64,000 nucleotides of DNA, taken from positions 1 to 64,000 of the forward strand of contig JAUCBJ010008735.1 of NCBI GenBank assembly GCA_032718475.1, read 5' to 3'. Positions within the stretch are counted from its first letter, which is position 1. Each line of letters begins with the position of its first letter. A program made the position numbers and the translations under genes. This document shows positions 1 to 13,200 of this stretch, piece after piece. Source of the stretch: Nemertoderma westbladi. Taxonomy: Eukaryota; Animalia; Xenacoelomorpha. The notes under the pieces are model-generated. The model saw only the letters and a program-made list of their open reading frames with translations, was not told where the DNA came from and ran no database searches.

Positions 1-224
1 ATCTATGTACCAGCATGTTGGCCAATAAATGAGCAGTATTTAATGAGAAACAATTTTTTATGCCGTCTTAATTACTTTAGATCAATTAAAGGACACATTT
101 ATTAAAGCAAATCACTTGAACTAATTAAAAACTATAATAGAATGGTGTATGTGGATTACATCTGTATAATTTTTAAGTATAATTATTTAAATCTTATACT
201 GTAAAACAATTAATTTCCTTTAAA

Positions 225-499
225 AGGCAGGTTGAAAATGGTGTTTTCACCGTAATCAACTTAATTAACTAATTAACTGCTATTATCTTAGCTTCTCGAA
301 GGCCACACTGAAATTCTACTTGGAAATTTTCTAAACTTTTGCCAAACAACATGTGTACCAAGTTTGGATAGATTTCATCAAAGATTGGCCGAGTTATTAA
401 CGTTTAAAATTGAACACGACAGAACGACAGAACGACAGAACGACAGGTTGATTAATGGTACCACTACGCTAAGGCTCACTCACTTCGTGGCTCGCCCCA
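225..499 (+). mobile_element. 3' part of a Helentron-associated (HINE/DINE-1-like) non-autonomous element
   Basis: (GACAGAAC)n microsatellite at ~418-446 followed by a hairpin-like 'gctcactcacttcgtggctcgccc' just before the LINE junction; 5' boundary uncertain. Confidence 0.35.
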
Positions 500-1847
500 C
501 AAGCAATTACCGCCCCATTTCTGTACTTCCTGTATTTGGTAAAATTTTTGAAAATATATTAGAAATTCAATTAACATCATATTTACGAAAATTTTCAGTT
601 CTAACAGATAAACCAATACGGATTTAGGAAAGGTATCAAAACAACAGATGCTCTATTAAATGTGATTGAAAATCTACGCACTGCGCTTGATAATTCAGAT
701 GCTAGTATAGTTATTTTTGTAGATCTAAAGAAAGCGTTTGATACGCTCAACCATACAATTTTATTAAAAAAATTTGAACTATATGGCATAAGAGGCTTAC
801 CATACAATTTATTTTCCAGCTACTTAACAAACCGTAGTCAGTATGTTTCCATTCCTGGTGGTAAATCTAATGTGTTGCCTATATTATGCGGTAATCCCCA
901 GGGATCAATCTTAGGACCGCTAATGTTTTTGATCTATATAAATGACTTACCAAATTCAACATCGTTAAATTCAACTTTATTTGCCGATGACACATCGTTA
1001 TCAACACATCCAAAAATATTCCTTTGCTACAAAACGTAGTAAACTCACAAGCTAAGAAAGTTTCTGATTGGCTGATTGAAAATAAATTAACAATAAATTT
1101 AAGGAAGACTGAATTCTGTATTTATTTAATATGATATAATATAATATAATGATTTATATTTTATTCTATAATGGATCAAATAATATGGCACCAAAAATAG
1201 AAATAAATAATAATTTAATCAAACAGGTAAACCATGCGAAATATCTTTGTATCGTTATTGATGGTAAACTAACATGGAAACAGCACTGTCAGTGTGTATT
1301 AAAAAAGATCAGCAAATCAATAGGTATTTTTTACAAACTACGCCATATATTTCCAGTACATATCCTACGAATGCTATATTTTTCATTAATCCATCCATAT
1401 ATTTCATATGGATTAATCACCTGGGGTAGTGCATGTCAAATAATTTTAAAACCAATAAGAATAAAAATTAATAACTTACTCCGATCAATTACATTCAATA
1501 CACGCACGGCATCATCTGGACCCATCTATAAGGAACTTCATATTTTGCCTCTTGAATCTCTTTATCGATACCAAATTTTAAATGTAATGTATGATGTATC
1601 GAAAAGTAACAGTACTCCCTTTTTAAACGATCTATTTAAAAAAACAAAAACGGTACATTCATACAATACAAGATCAGCTTCAGATAATAAATTGTTTGTC
1701 CCACGAACTCGATTACTGGTTGCTCAGAGAGGCTTAAAATATGAGGGAGCTACTTTATGGAACTCCATAGATACCAGTCTGCGACAGTCAAAATCCAAAC
1801 CTATTTTTCAAAATAGATTAAAAGCGCATTTATTATCCAAGGTGTAA
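497..1847 (+). pseudogene. CR1/L2-type non-LTR retrotransposon ORF2 fragment (reverse transcriptase and C-terminus), frameshifted
   Basis: SNYRPISVLP, FVDLKKAFDTLNH, PQGSILGPLMFLIYINDL, LFADD, KYL..IDGKLTW, HSYNTR motifs spread over three frames. Confidence 0.88.
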
Positions 1848-1884
1848 TTTTGTTTAACTCTCTGTAACGTGTGTCCATTCAAAA

Positions 1885-2069
1885 CTAATAGCACTACCCG
1901 GGCGCGGAGACACGTTTCATGTCTAATAGCACTACCCGGGCGCGGGGTCACGTTCCATGTCTAATAGCACTACCCGGGCGCGGGGTCACGTTCCATGTCT
2001 AATAGCACTACCCGGGCGCGGGGTCACGTTCCATGTCTAATAGCACTACCCGGGCGCGGGGTCACGTTC
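1885..2069. repeat. 38-bp GC-rich tandem repeat, ~5 copies
   Basis: Unit ctaatagcactacccgggcgcggggtcacgttccatgt starting at 1885, 1923, 1961, 1999, 2037. Confidence 0.95.
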
Positions 2070-2404
2070 TATACCGTCATCGTCATCATTTGGTCACGCA
2101 AGATAATCTGGCGAACTAAATGATTAATCCGATCCTCATCACCGTCCACATAATAATATTTTATACTCTGTGATGTCTATCTAATATATCTGGGCGCTCC
2201 TGCTAGGCAATTAATATCGAATTTGAAATTGCATTTTAATTTATTTTATTTTATTTATTAATGTTACAACATGATGTAAACAATTACAACTACAAACGTA
2301 AATGTAAATAATTTTAATAACAACTTATTAAAAGATTAAGACTTCTTATGCGATTGATTTGATTTGATTTGACCGTATTATTTAAAACATAACTCAGAAA
2401 TTAT

Positions 2405-3385
2405 ATCACATTACTGTACGCGACCGTAGAAACCGTAAAATAACAATCCAACAAAACTATATCAACAGCACCATTATTACATAACATAAATCAAAATTAT
2501 TACCACATTAATGTACGCGACCATAGTAACCTTAAAATAACGATTAACCAAAAACTATATCAACAGCACCATTATTACGTAACATAATCAAATTTAATAC
2601 CACATTACTGTACGCGACCATAGAAACGGTAAAATAACAATTAAACAAAAACCATATCAACAGCACCATTATTACATAACATAAATCAAAATTATTACCA
2701 CATTACTGTACGAGACCATAGAAACCGTAAAATAACAATTAAACAAAAACCATATCAACAGCACCATTATTACATAACATAAATCAAAATTATTACCACA
2801 TTACTGTACGAGACCATAGAAACCGTAAAATAACGATCAAACAAAACTATATCAACAGCACCATTATTACATAACATAAATCAAAATTATTACCACATTA
2901 CTGTACGAGACCATAGAAACCGTAAAATGACAATTAAACAAAAACCATATCAACAGCACCATTATTACATAACATAAATCAAAATTAATACCACATTACT
3001 GTACGAGACTATAGAAACCGTAAAATAACGATTAAACTGAAACCATATCAACAGCACCATTATTACATAACATAAATCAAAATTAATACCACATTACTGT
3101 ACGAGACCATAGAAACCGTAAAATAACGATTAAACACAACTATATCAATGTACGTTACCATAGGAACCGTAAATTACCAAATAAACAAAAAAAACGATAT
3201 CAACAGCACCATTATTACATAACATAAATCAAAATTAATACCACATTACTGTACGAGACCATAGAAACCGTAAAATAACATTAAACAAAAACTATATCGA
3301 CGGCGCCATTATTACATAACACAAATTATAATAGCGTTCCACATTACTGTGCGTGACCATAGCAACCGTAAAAACAACGATTAAT
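2405..3385. repeat. 97-98-bp AT-rich tandem repeat, ~10 copies, downstream of the Penelope ORF
   Basis: 'cattactgtacg..ccatagaaaccgtaaaataac..atatcaacagcaccattattacataacataaatcaaa' recurs at ~2409, 2506, 2603, 2701, 2799, 2896, 2994, 3092, 3244, 3342. Confidence 0.95.
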
Positions 3386-3489
3386 AGAGCTGTGGGATCC
3401 CCCCCCCCCCCGTTATAGTTCAAAACTAAGGAGTCCCTCTTTCCCTTCTCCAAACCCGTCCCTAGACTATCGGTTGCATTTTTTTTTGT

Positions 3490-6400
3490 TTAATGCGGGT
3501 TTGTACTTCCTAATGTAGTTCGCTTCCGCATGCACCCTGTCCCCATCCCTCGGAAAATCGTTACACGCATATCTCCCAACTCATCGCACAAACGGAAGTG
3601 CTCGATGAGTAGATGTTCCTCCCTCTCTCCGTATTCGAGTCCCATCGCAGCGGGACCTCTGTACTTCTTTATCATAGCCCTATGCCAGTTCATTCGGTCC
3701 CTCAGTTTTTGTCCAGTCTGCCCTATGTAATATTGCACTTCATGTTTCTCACAGGTCATCATGTATAACACATTCGTTGAGATGCATATGTAGAATCCCC
3801 GGATTTTATCTCCCCATGGTGTCTCCGCCATATCGTGGATGATGGGACATGTCTCGCAATGAGTTGAGGTGCCGCACTTAGCATTTCCCCTCCGTTGTTG
3901 TTTCTTCCACTTCCTTATTAATCGTTGTCCGAGATTCAGACCGCTCCTTCTTGACACCGCCACTTTAAAATGAAAGTTAATTAACCATCGTTTATAGTTT
4001 GAGACTACCCTTGATATGGTATCTCCAAATGGTCCCGGTACAGTTAAATATACCATTTTCTCTTTCTTATTTACCCTCGGTTTCCTCTTTCTTCTTAGCT
4101 CTTCCCTCGACTTATTCCTCAGTGATTCCAACGCCGCTACCGGATATCCAGATATCACGCAATCCGTCAAATACCAATCTCTAACAGCTTCATAATCATT
4201 GTCTTTACTAGATAGCCTGTTAAACCGTAACAGCTGCCCTCTTGCGGTAGATATTAGCATTTTCTTATCATGTCCACTGGCGAACGGTATCGGTAACTTC
4301 CCTGATAATGGCTTGAAGTATACACTTGTCTTTATAACGCCATCGTCTTTATCGTGGTACAAACTCAAGTCGAGAAATATTGATTCGTCATAATCGAACT
4401 CGAAAGTAAATTTTATGCTGTCATTCCCAAATACATCCATACATACATTATTGTACATTTCCTTTATTGCATCTTTCTCCGAGTTACATAGCTTTGTTGG
4501 AAATATAGATTCTGCATCATCGACGAACGATTTAAAACATATGGCGGCGAAAATGTTTACCAGGTCCACCCGTCTGTGTAACATGTCCACGGTTAATAAA
4601 GCTATCCCTTAACCAGCTGGGACTCCCATCCCGACACCTTTTTTTGTGCAAGTAAAACGTCTCCTCGAACTCGAAATATGTGTGCTCCATCACAAAGGTT
4701 ACCATAGCTACGATCTGTTCAATGCTGTATCCTGAAAGTTCTAGAATATCTTCATTCTCAAGTAATGCCTGAGTTATAGCTTGTACCGCATCTTCTATCC
4801 TCACTGACGGGTACATATCTACCACATCCATCACTAGAAACGTGACTTCGTTGTGTTTCCTTTTGGGCAACGACATCTTCGCATCTGCCAAATCTCGTAT
4901 AAAATGGGACAGTTGTGTTTCCTTTTGGGCAACAACATCTTCGCATCCACCAAATCTCGTATAAAATGGCACATTCTCTGTAAGAGTGGTTCCAAAATTA
5001 TATTCAAAAGTTTCCCTATTCTCTCTATGATGTTCCCAGTGGCTGAAATTATTACACGCATTTTGGGCGATACACCTTCTTCACCCCAATCCACCCACTC
5101 CCGGCGATCTTTATGATCTTTGGGTAACGGAAATACGTATCCATTCTCTGGGTATCTCGGCACCAAATAACTGCGTAGCTCCTTGCTCTCGATATCTAAG
5201 TCATCCAACATCTTCTCTAACTCGGCCCTGAACTTTCCCACTGGGCTTAATTCTAGCCGCTCGTATTTATCACTGTCGTCCAGAGATCTCCTGATCTCTC
5301 TAAATCTAATCTGGCTATCCACTATCACCACATTACCAGTCTTATCTCCCTTTAAGATCGATATATACTCGTCATCTCTTAAAGTCTTTAGATCTTTCAA
5401 TTGATCTGTTGTCAGGTTTAAATCCCTACTCGGTACTTGTGTCACCCTGTCGACCGCTTTGTGTAGATCCATTATGTAACTCTCTATGATCTCTTTGTTT
5501 GATCTGGGGGTCACGTATTTGCATTTATGGGGGATTCTAAACTCTCTGTAATCCACCAGCTGGCAAATTTCTGCCCTTTCTCCCCCTGGATCCCGTCTAC
5601 CTGCCGGGACCCGCGGCGCTCTCCTCGCCACCCGCGCCCCGCTTGACCTGACGGGGGTCGATGTGTCATACCTGCCCCCCTCTCCCTCTGTCTCTGATCC
5701 TGAACCCGTCCTCTCACCGCCCCCTATGAGTCCCCTTATTCATCCCTCCCCAACGCTTCCATCTGCTCTGCATCCCGTCGGTCGCCTTCTGGAACCGGTC
5801 CTGTGTGTACTGGGCTTAATCCTCCTGGTCTCTCGTTGCAGTCGAGACCCCGGCCCCCACCTAACGCTGGTTGCTCACTTGGAAATCGCTCACCTTCCTC
5901 ACCCCGTGGCTCGCCAAATAAATTATTTGCAATTGCTTTGTGGCGCGTTTGAAACGAGTCAGTTTTCTGCTGGAAATCTACCTCGTCCGAACTGCTCTGC
6001 GTTTGGTTCGCGATCTCGTCATCGAAAACCACCCGATCCGTAAACTCCGGCATACAGTACAGCCCCTGCTGTCCCGCAACACCGTACCCCTGTACCCCTT
6101 TGTTGAGGACTACAGTTTCATCCACCTCCTCCGCTTTCCGGGCGTGGTATCGTAGCGTTGATGCCATACGAGAAATCGCCGTGTGGGCATCCATTATGTT
6201 CTCATTGCCTATTCTGGTCTGTGGCACATATGTAAACCCTAGCGATAAAACTTCTTCCTCCCGTGCTGTTAGAGTTCTTCTCAACAGGTTCACAGAGTTT
6301 TGTACTTCCCCGCTAGTCATAAACCCAGTATCCACTAACGGTCGCTTTTGAGCTCGTAGTGGATCCAGCCACGCGTAGCAGATCCGGCTCCTATCCTGGC

Positions 6401-6560
6401 CCTGGCCGTGACTGGTTCCTATGGGACTCAGCGAGTTTAACTTCCTCTGTAGAATCTTACTCCGATCTCTCGTCTCTGCTTCCCCTATCCTGTTGATCCA
6501 AAATGATACGAACTTCCCTAAACAAACCCAGTTTTCTCCAGGTACTGAGTTTCTTATCCT
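3490..6560 (-). mobile_element. Penelope-like retroelement (Neptune-type), RT plus GIY-YIG endonuclease, frameshifted
   Basis: VNL..LT..E.VLSLGFTYVP, KGDKTGNVVIVD, PLPKDHK, MDVVDMYPSV, SFVDD, FLDL, VYFKP; Cys-rich linker KCGTSTHCETC; GIY-YIG-like NVLYMMTC...YYIGQTGQKLRDRMNWH; a ~62-bp tandem duplication at ~4851-4970 breaks the frame. Confidence 0.9.
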
Positions 6561-6707
6561 ATTGCATTATAGTTCACAATAGCATTACATATGTAGCTGC
6601 TGCTGCTATAGATACTGCTGTACTATCAATCTGCTGAACTGTCAGACTGTGGTGTGGTTATTTTCGTCGATCGCCGCTTGCGGCAAGGTTTTAAACTAAG
6701 ATAAAAA

Positions 6708-7486
6708 ATGAATTATGACTACCAGTAGTTACTGTCATCATATACTTAGTGATGTGCTGTCATTTGTTTGGTGTGCCCATGTAAAAGTGGGTATGCCCAG
6801 AAAGATCAGTGGAAACACTTGATACCTGGCCGAAATTCTCAGCTGAGGATTTAAAAGATGCTAAGATGACGTTATTCAACTTGCTTCCAGATCCCGATGA
6901 TATCAACTCGTCTCAAGAGTTTGCCGCCAAAAGGAAATCGGTCGGGAATTATCGAAAATTCACCGTAACTGATATCATCGACATGTTTGAATACCCTCCG
7001 TTTGTTCAAATGCCCACTGAGTCTAAACAAATCTTTGTGGCAGCGAACCTACTGAACATCCCTCCGTTTGCAATGTCGCCAACTGATATTTCGTTTCTAT
7101 TATGTAAACTTAGCGAACTTCAGGACCGCGTCGCTGTCTTGGAGTCCCGTCCAGTCGTTTCTGGTACCGGATCCGGGGCTGCGGCTGCACCGGATGTAAG
7201 CGAGGTTACCCCATCTCAACGCGACCGACGAGGCGGAAACGCCAGGCAGGCGCAGGATATCCCAGTCCCTAGGGAAGATCCTGTGGAACGTCAATGCAGG
7301 TTGCTTAGTGAAGTCGTAATGATGCAAACACTGCTCGAGGACCTCCGGGTAGCAACCAAAGGCAGCGGCGACGACCCGATTGGCAAAAAGTCGATTGCGA
7401 TCGGGATGATGGATTCATCGAAATTGGACGAGACGGGAAACATCGCGAGGTACGCGAGCATGACCGTGACAATGGATCTGCCATGA
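6708..7486 (+). pseudogene. Probable LINE (CR1/L2-like) ORF1 N-terminal fragment
   Basis: Pattern FSAEDLKDAK.LF...DIIDMF...FVAANLLNIPP...D.SFLL.KL.ELQ coiled coil resembles invertebrate CR1-group ORF1 starts; truncated by the Penelope fragment at 7519. Confidence 0.5.
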
Positions 7487-7518
7487 ATCTGAATGGAGCC
7501 ATGAATGGCATGATCTGC

Positions 7519-7831
7519 CATGTCCGCTGGCGAACGGTATCGGTAACTTCCCCGATAATGGCTTGAAGTATACCCTTGTCTTTATAACGCCATCTCCTTT
7601 ATCGTGGTACAAACTCAAGTCGAGAAATATTGATTCGTCATAATCGAAATCGAAAGTAAATTTTATACAGACGGGTGGACCTGGTAAACATTTTCGCCGC
7701 CATATATTTTAAATCGTTCGTCGATGATGCAGAATCTATATTTCCAACAAAGCTGTGTAACTCGGAGAAAGATGCAATAAAGGAAATGTACAATAATGTA
7801 TGTATGGATGTATTCGGGAATGACAGCATAA
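7519..7831. mobile_element. Short Penelope fragment with internal inversion
   Basis: 7519-7666 matches 4269-4416 directly; 7667-7831 is the reverse complement of ~4413-4578. Confidence 0.88.
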
Positions 7832-8016
7832 TTTATTTGTGAAGCCATCCCAGAAAAAGTTTTGTATGACAGAGTGAATGTCCAAATTCATAAAAATGGC
7901 TAGTACTAAACACCTACACTATGATGCTAGACAGGAACATTACAATGTAAAAACATTTAAAAAACAAAATAATTTATTGATTTACAACAAAAGATGCAAT
8001 TTATTTTAAGCATTAA

Positions 8017-8103
8017 ATGTTTTTCACCCGGGTGATAAATGTTTTTCACCCGGCTGATAAATGTTTTTCACCCGTGTGATAATTGTTTTTCACCCGGGTG
8101 AAA
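8017..8103. repeat. 22-bp tandem repeat, ~4 copies
   Basis: aatgtttttcacccgggtgata units, each with a tcacccgggtga palindrome. Confidence 0.8.
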
Positions 8104-8450
8104 GACATTTAAAAAATGGAAATAATTGGCCGCAATCAGCCACCGTACTTCTTCCTGTCCTGTTCATTACATAACTTGCGAATTTCAGTACTGAAATGTA
8201 TCATTACATGGGTGACAGCGCTTACTAGCTATGCTATTAGCTGTCATCCAGCCATCATAGCCAATGCATGGAAAATAAATTAAATTCAATTCAAGTCAAA
8301 CAGATTGAACATGGGACATTATCAGTTTCGACTCATGGGTCGTAACTTACGACTGGAACCCAGGCCTTAACGACAGGTTTTTACAATGAAATGACGTTTT
8401 TAGATTGATTTTACATTATTTTACATTAATTATACATTATTTTACATTGA

Positions 8451-9329
8451 CATTAGCACCATTACTATTTGTAATTGTGTAGGATTACGCAATCAGGACG
8501 GCCACAAAGGGTGAAGATCTGGGATTCACACTTCAAGAACGCAGAAGTAGTAGATATCCGGCAACTACAGTCACAGACACCATCTTTGCGGATGACATCG
8601 CCCTGCTCTCTAATACGCTAGCAGATGCACAGCTTCTACTAATTAAAGCGGAGAGGGCTGCTAAGGAGGTTGGATTGCATATAAATGCTACCAAGAGCGA
8701 ATTCATGACCTATAATGTTGATGGAAACTTGACAACCATTGATAATAATCAACTAAGGAAGGTCGATGACTTCCAGTACCTTGGATCATGGATAGAGAGT
8801 AGCAAATAGGACATAGAAGTTAGGAAAGCAAAGGCTTGGGTAGCTCTATCAAAAATGGATACCATCTGGAAATCAGATTTCTCCAGGCACCTGAAGACTA
8901 AGTTCTTTCGAGCCACAGTGGAAAGTGTATTTTTATACGGGGGTAAGACCCGGACACTGACTAAATGACTTGAACAACAAATTGATGGTTGCTACACAAG
9001 GCTACTAAGGGCAGCTCTAAACATCAGCTGGAGACAACACATGACAAACGCCGACAATACCACCTGTATCAATCACACTCCGTGAACGCAGATTAAGATT
9101 CAGTGGGCACAGCTGGCGAAGTAAAGACCAGGTCATACCAGATCTACTTTTCTGGCAACCAACTCATGGAAAGCGTAGTCGTGGACGACTGGCCATAACA
9201 TATATAAATCAACTTGAAAGGGATACTGAACTTGGGAGAAACGAAATTGTGACAACTATGGAGAATCGGGAAGCCTGGAAGGATTTCATTTCCACTGTCC
9301 GAGTTCGCTCGAACTAGTAGTAGTAGTAG
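8451..9329 (+). mobile_element. 5'-truncated RTE LINE (family A), 3' end with (TAG)n tail
   Basis: Closely matches 20208-21077; (tag)n tail; likely TSD ttacattga at 8442-8450 and 9330-9338. Confidence 0.9.
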
Positions 9330-10246
9330 TTACATTGATGTTGCATTACTTTACATTGATTTAATTATTAAATAATATGATAATATTATTATTGGTATTG
9401 TCCAACGCCACATTTTAGAAAAAAAATTAAATTGAATTCCCAGTCTTTCATTTAGTTAAAGTACCCCCCTCCCGCATCCCTAATAGGCCATAACTGGTCA
9501 GAGGGCCTTTTCCACTCCACCCACCAAAACTCCCCCCAAGGTGTTGATTGATCTCATTAGTAAACTTGACTTTAGAAATTAAAAATATTCATTTTTTTCA
9601 CAAAAAATTACAAAGTTTCATTGGTCATTTAGTGTATTTCACTAATTATACAAAATTTTGCTTCTGGTCGGAATCCAAATATCGATTCCGGGACATCACT
9701 ATACACTGGTCCCAGCTCGTATAAATCACGTCTGAGAGTTTACAGAAAATCCATGGCTTTCTCACAGCCATAGAATCTTGCATTGAGTAAAACCAAGCAA
9801 GTAAGTACACTAGTTCGTTCTCGCACAACTATTCAACATATCCGGTAGCAGTTCTATCTAATGGATTAGCCATTTTGTTAGTGAAGTAATCCCAAACCAA
9901 TATACGAGAATAACCGAGAATATGTGATGCAATAAATGACATGATTATGAGAGTAACAACCGGAGATGACTTATTGGCTATAGCGTGAGTGATGGTATGA
10001 CATGTTTACAAAGCCATCTAAAAGGTGTGAACGCATATTATAATTTTAAATATGTATCAGCAGAATGAACAATGATGCAATAACCTACAGTAGTAATGCA
10101 ATAATACAGTAAGGACAATGCATTTGGTGATTACGCAACTTCACACGGTACGTGCAATAGCATTGTTGGTGAGACAATATTTTCTATCAAATGCCATTAT
10201 ATTACAAGTCAACAAGAACCCTCTTATTTATTACCTTGCTTCCAGG

Positions 10247-13200
10247 GTCTAACGCATATCCTCGACTGGCTACTCATTGGACCGACGGCAGGTTCCCTGA
10301 GTGAAACCGGAAGTCACGTGGGAAGGGAGGTAGGCATTTCTACTAGAGAGCGCCTGCGGAATTGAATAAGGGTCTTTCAAATATCTCACCCACTCGATAT
10401 CCCTCTGGTGACCTTTGCCAGAGGAGTTCCCTTACAGTGACATGTATTGTAAGAAATAATTCTTACAAGTGACATTTATTGTTAGACTGATGTCTAACAT
10501 CAGCGACGATTAACGATCAACTACAGTGATGATTGATGATCGATTATGATGAAAGTGAAGACGTTGTTGATGTTCTCTTCGACTTTGACAACGAGAATGA
10601 TGCACTTATAGCGGCAGATGCTGGGAGATACCCAGTGAGAACCAAAAGAACCCCCCCCCCCCCCCCCCCCCCAACGAACCCGAAGGAAGACAGTACAACA
10701 CCGAACGGACGTGTGAACAATCGCAGCGAATTGAATCTACAACGATGAGTTGTGGTACGGCGTCCCACAAACTATAGACATTACCAGGATGAGCGTAGCG
10801 AGTACAAAATTTAACACAAACTCTAGCGAACATGAGTGACACAGAGCGCGTAGCGGAGACAGTTGTTTCAGCTGAGGAACGAATCGGAACTGGAACGCAG
10901 ATACTGAAGGACTAAATCCAGAAGATTCCATTAGTCATGTGGCCAGTGAGGATGAGAGTGTCTGCAAGTCAGTATCATCTTCAGTTGAGGCTTGCAAATA
11001 CAGATCCATAGAAATTCATGAGAGGAACTTAGAGACTGATAGAGAGAAAGCGAAAAAGGAAATGAGAGAAAAAGAGAATGAGAAAGAAGAGAGGCTAAGG
11101 CATAAGAGAGAGGAATTAGTGGCGAGAAATTTAGTACGAGCGCATGAGAAAAAGGAGAGAGAGAAAGTTCAGAGAGAGCAGAGAGAGAAAGCGAAAAAGG
11201 AAATGAGAGGAAAAGAGAATGAGAAAGAAAAGAGGCTAAGGCATAAGAGAGAGGAATTAGTGGCGAGAAATTTAGCACAAGCGCATGAGAAAAAGGAGAG
11301 AGAGAAAGTTCAGAGAGAGCAGAGAGAGGAGCGCCACCGTAGGAGAGAGCGGGAGGAACAGGGAGTAAGCATGAACAGCAGGAACAGGTACGACATGAGA
11401 AACATGAGCTTGAACAGCATGAATATGAAGAAAGGAAGGAACAAGAGAGGTTAGGCATGGAGTATGAGAGAGATCAGAGGGAAATTAAAGCAAGGGAGGA
11501 AGCGGAATTAAAGAATGAGGAAGCGAGAATTTATATGATTTAAACAAAATCAAATAGATGAGAAAGAATATGAGGCAAAGAAAGCACTTATTAGGGAACA
11601 GAACGAGTTATTAGAATTAGAAGAGCAGCAATACGAGTTAGCGCATAGGAATAGAGGAGAACCAACAAGTAGAGAAATAATCACTATGAATACCCTATTA
11701 ACCCTATTAAACCCGGGGGAGGGGTCAATATGACCCCCCCCCCGTGGTTTTTTTATTATAATTCTGAAACAAACGCAGTTGGGAATCTGAAATTTTATGA
11801 CTTTTCGTAAAAATCAATTGTCTTCCTAGTAGTGAAAACCGTTTTCAAAAATATTGGGTACTTTTCGAGTTATAGCACCATTTTTTAACCCTACTTTTGG
11901 CACTTTTTTTGAGACGTTTTTTGAAAATTACATTTCATTAAATGTGAATTGTAACATCTCTATTTTTGATTTACACCGGTTTTTTGGTGTTAGAAATTTG
12001 ATGGAATTCATATAAATTGATTTAGAAATTTCAAACTTGTTTTTTTCGGTGTGTGCCAAATTTTGGTGCCAGCACCAAATTTTGAATTATGTCAATTTTG
12101 TAAATTGATTGTTTGAAACTTGTTTTTTACGCAATTGGGGTTTTTTGGGGTTCTGGATTCGATGAAATATATACGAGTTGCACCAAGCGTATCAAACTTG
12201 TATTTTTCGGTGCTGTGTGCAAATTTTGGTGCTAGCACGAAATTTTGAAAATTCATTCGATAGATAAAATTGCTTGTGACAATTTATTTCTTGCGTTTTA
12301 GAGGTTTATGGCTGTTCTGAATTCAATGGAATAAATAATTATCGAACTAGACATGTCAAACTTGTATTTTTCGGATGTGGGTGCAAAATGTGGTGCTAGC
12401 ACCAAATTTTGAAAACAATCAAATATATCAATTGATTGTGTCACCTTGTTTCTTGCGTTATACGGGTTTGTGATGGTTCTGAATTCAATGGAATCAGTAA
12501 AAATTTCATAAGAGTTCTCAAACTGGTATTTTTCGCCAGTGGGTGAAAATTGTTGTGCCAGCACCAAATTTTGGAAAATATGCAAATTTATCAGTAGATA
12601 GTATCACCTTGTTTCTTGCGTTATACGGGTTTATGAGGGTCCTGAATCCGATGGAATCCATAAAAACAGCACTGGACATCGCAAACTTGTACTTTTTGGT
12701 GATGGGTACGAAATTTGGTGCTAGCACCAAAATTTGCCAAATTGCGCCGAAAAATACAAGTATCAATGATCTGGCATATTAGAAATGTATTCCATTAGAA
12801 TCAGCGCCCTCGAAAACCTGAAAATGTGAAATTATAGCATCGTATAAGTGAATTAAAAATTTTGTCTTCTACCTGAAAAGTGCTGGTTACTTGTTTTTTT
12901 CATTTTTTTCCTACGCAGAGAGGACTAAACGGCCATTTATAGTAATCATATCATTTTTAAATATTTTCCAATGTATTTTGCACCCCAGAAAACCTGTATT
13001 GAAAAATAATTAGCCGAAAATGTAACTTTCAAATTTTGTGAAAATTGTGCACTACTTGTAATTTTGGTGCTGCAATATAACCACCCCAGTACATTTTTTC
13101 GAAATTTTTTTTTTTCGGTCGGATCCAGACAAGTGATACCTACGTACAAACAAAAAATCAGACATTTTCGTAAATATTTGTACATTTTAGAGGGGGGGGT

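Noticed and set aside
1900-2150. Hammerhead ribozyme in the Penelope 3' region
   Set aside because: GAAACGTGTC half is present, but no intact CTGANGA with stem II at proper spacing; not called as a feature
10939-11454. Host coiled-coil (trichohyalin-like) gene
   Set aside because: Low-complexity purine-rich ORF with surrounding stops and frameshifts, between LTR-like repeats; better explained as a gag relic
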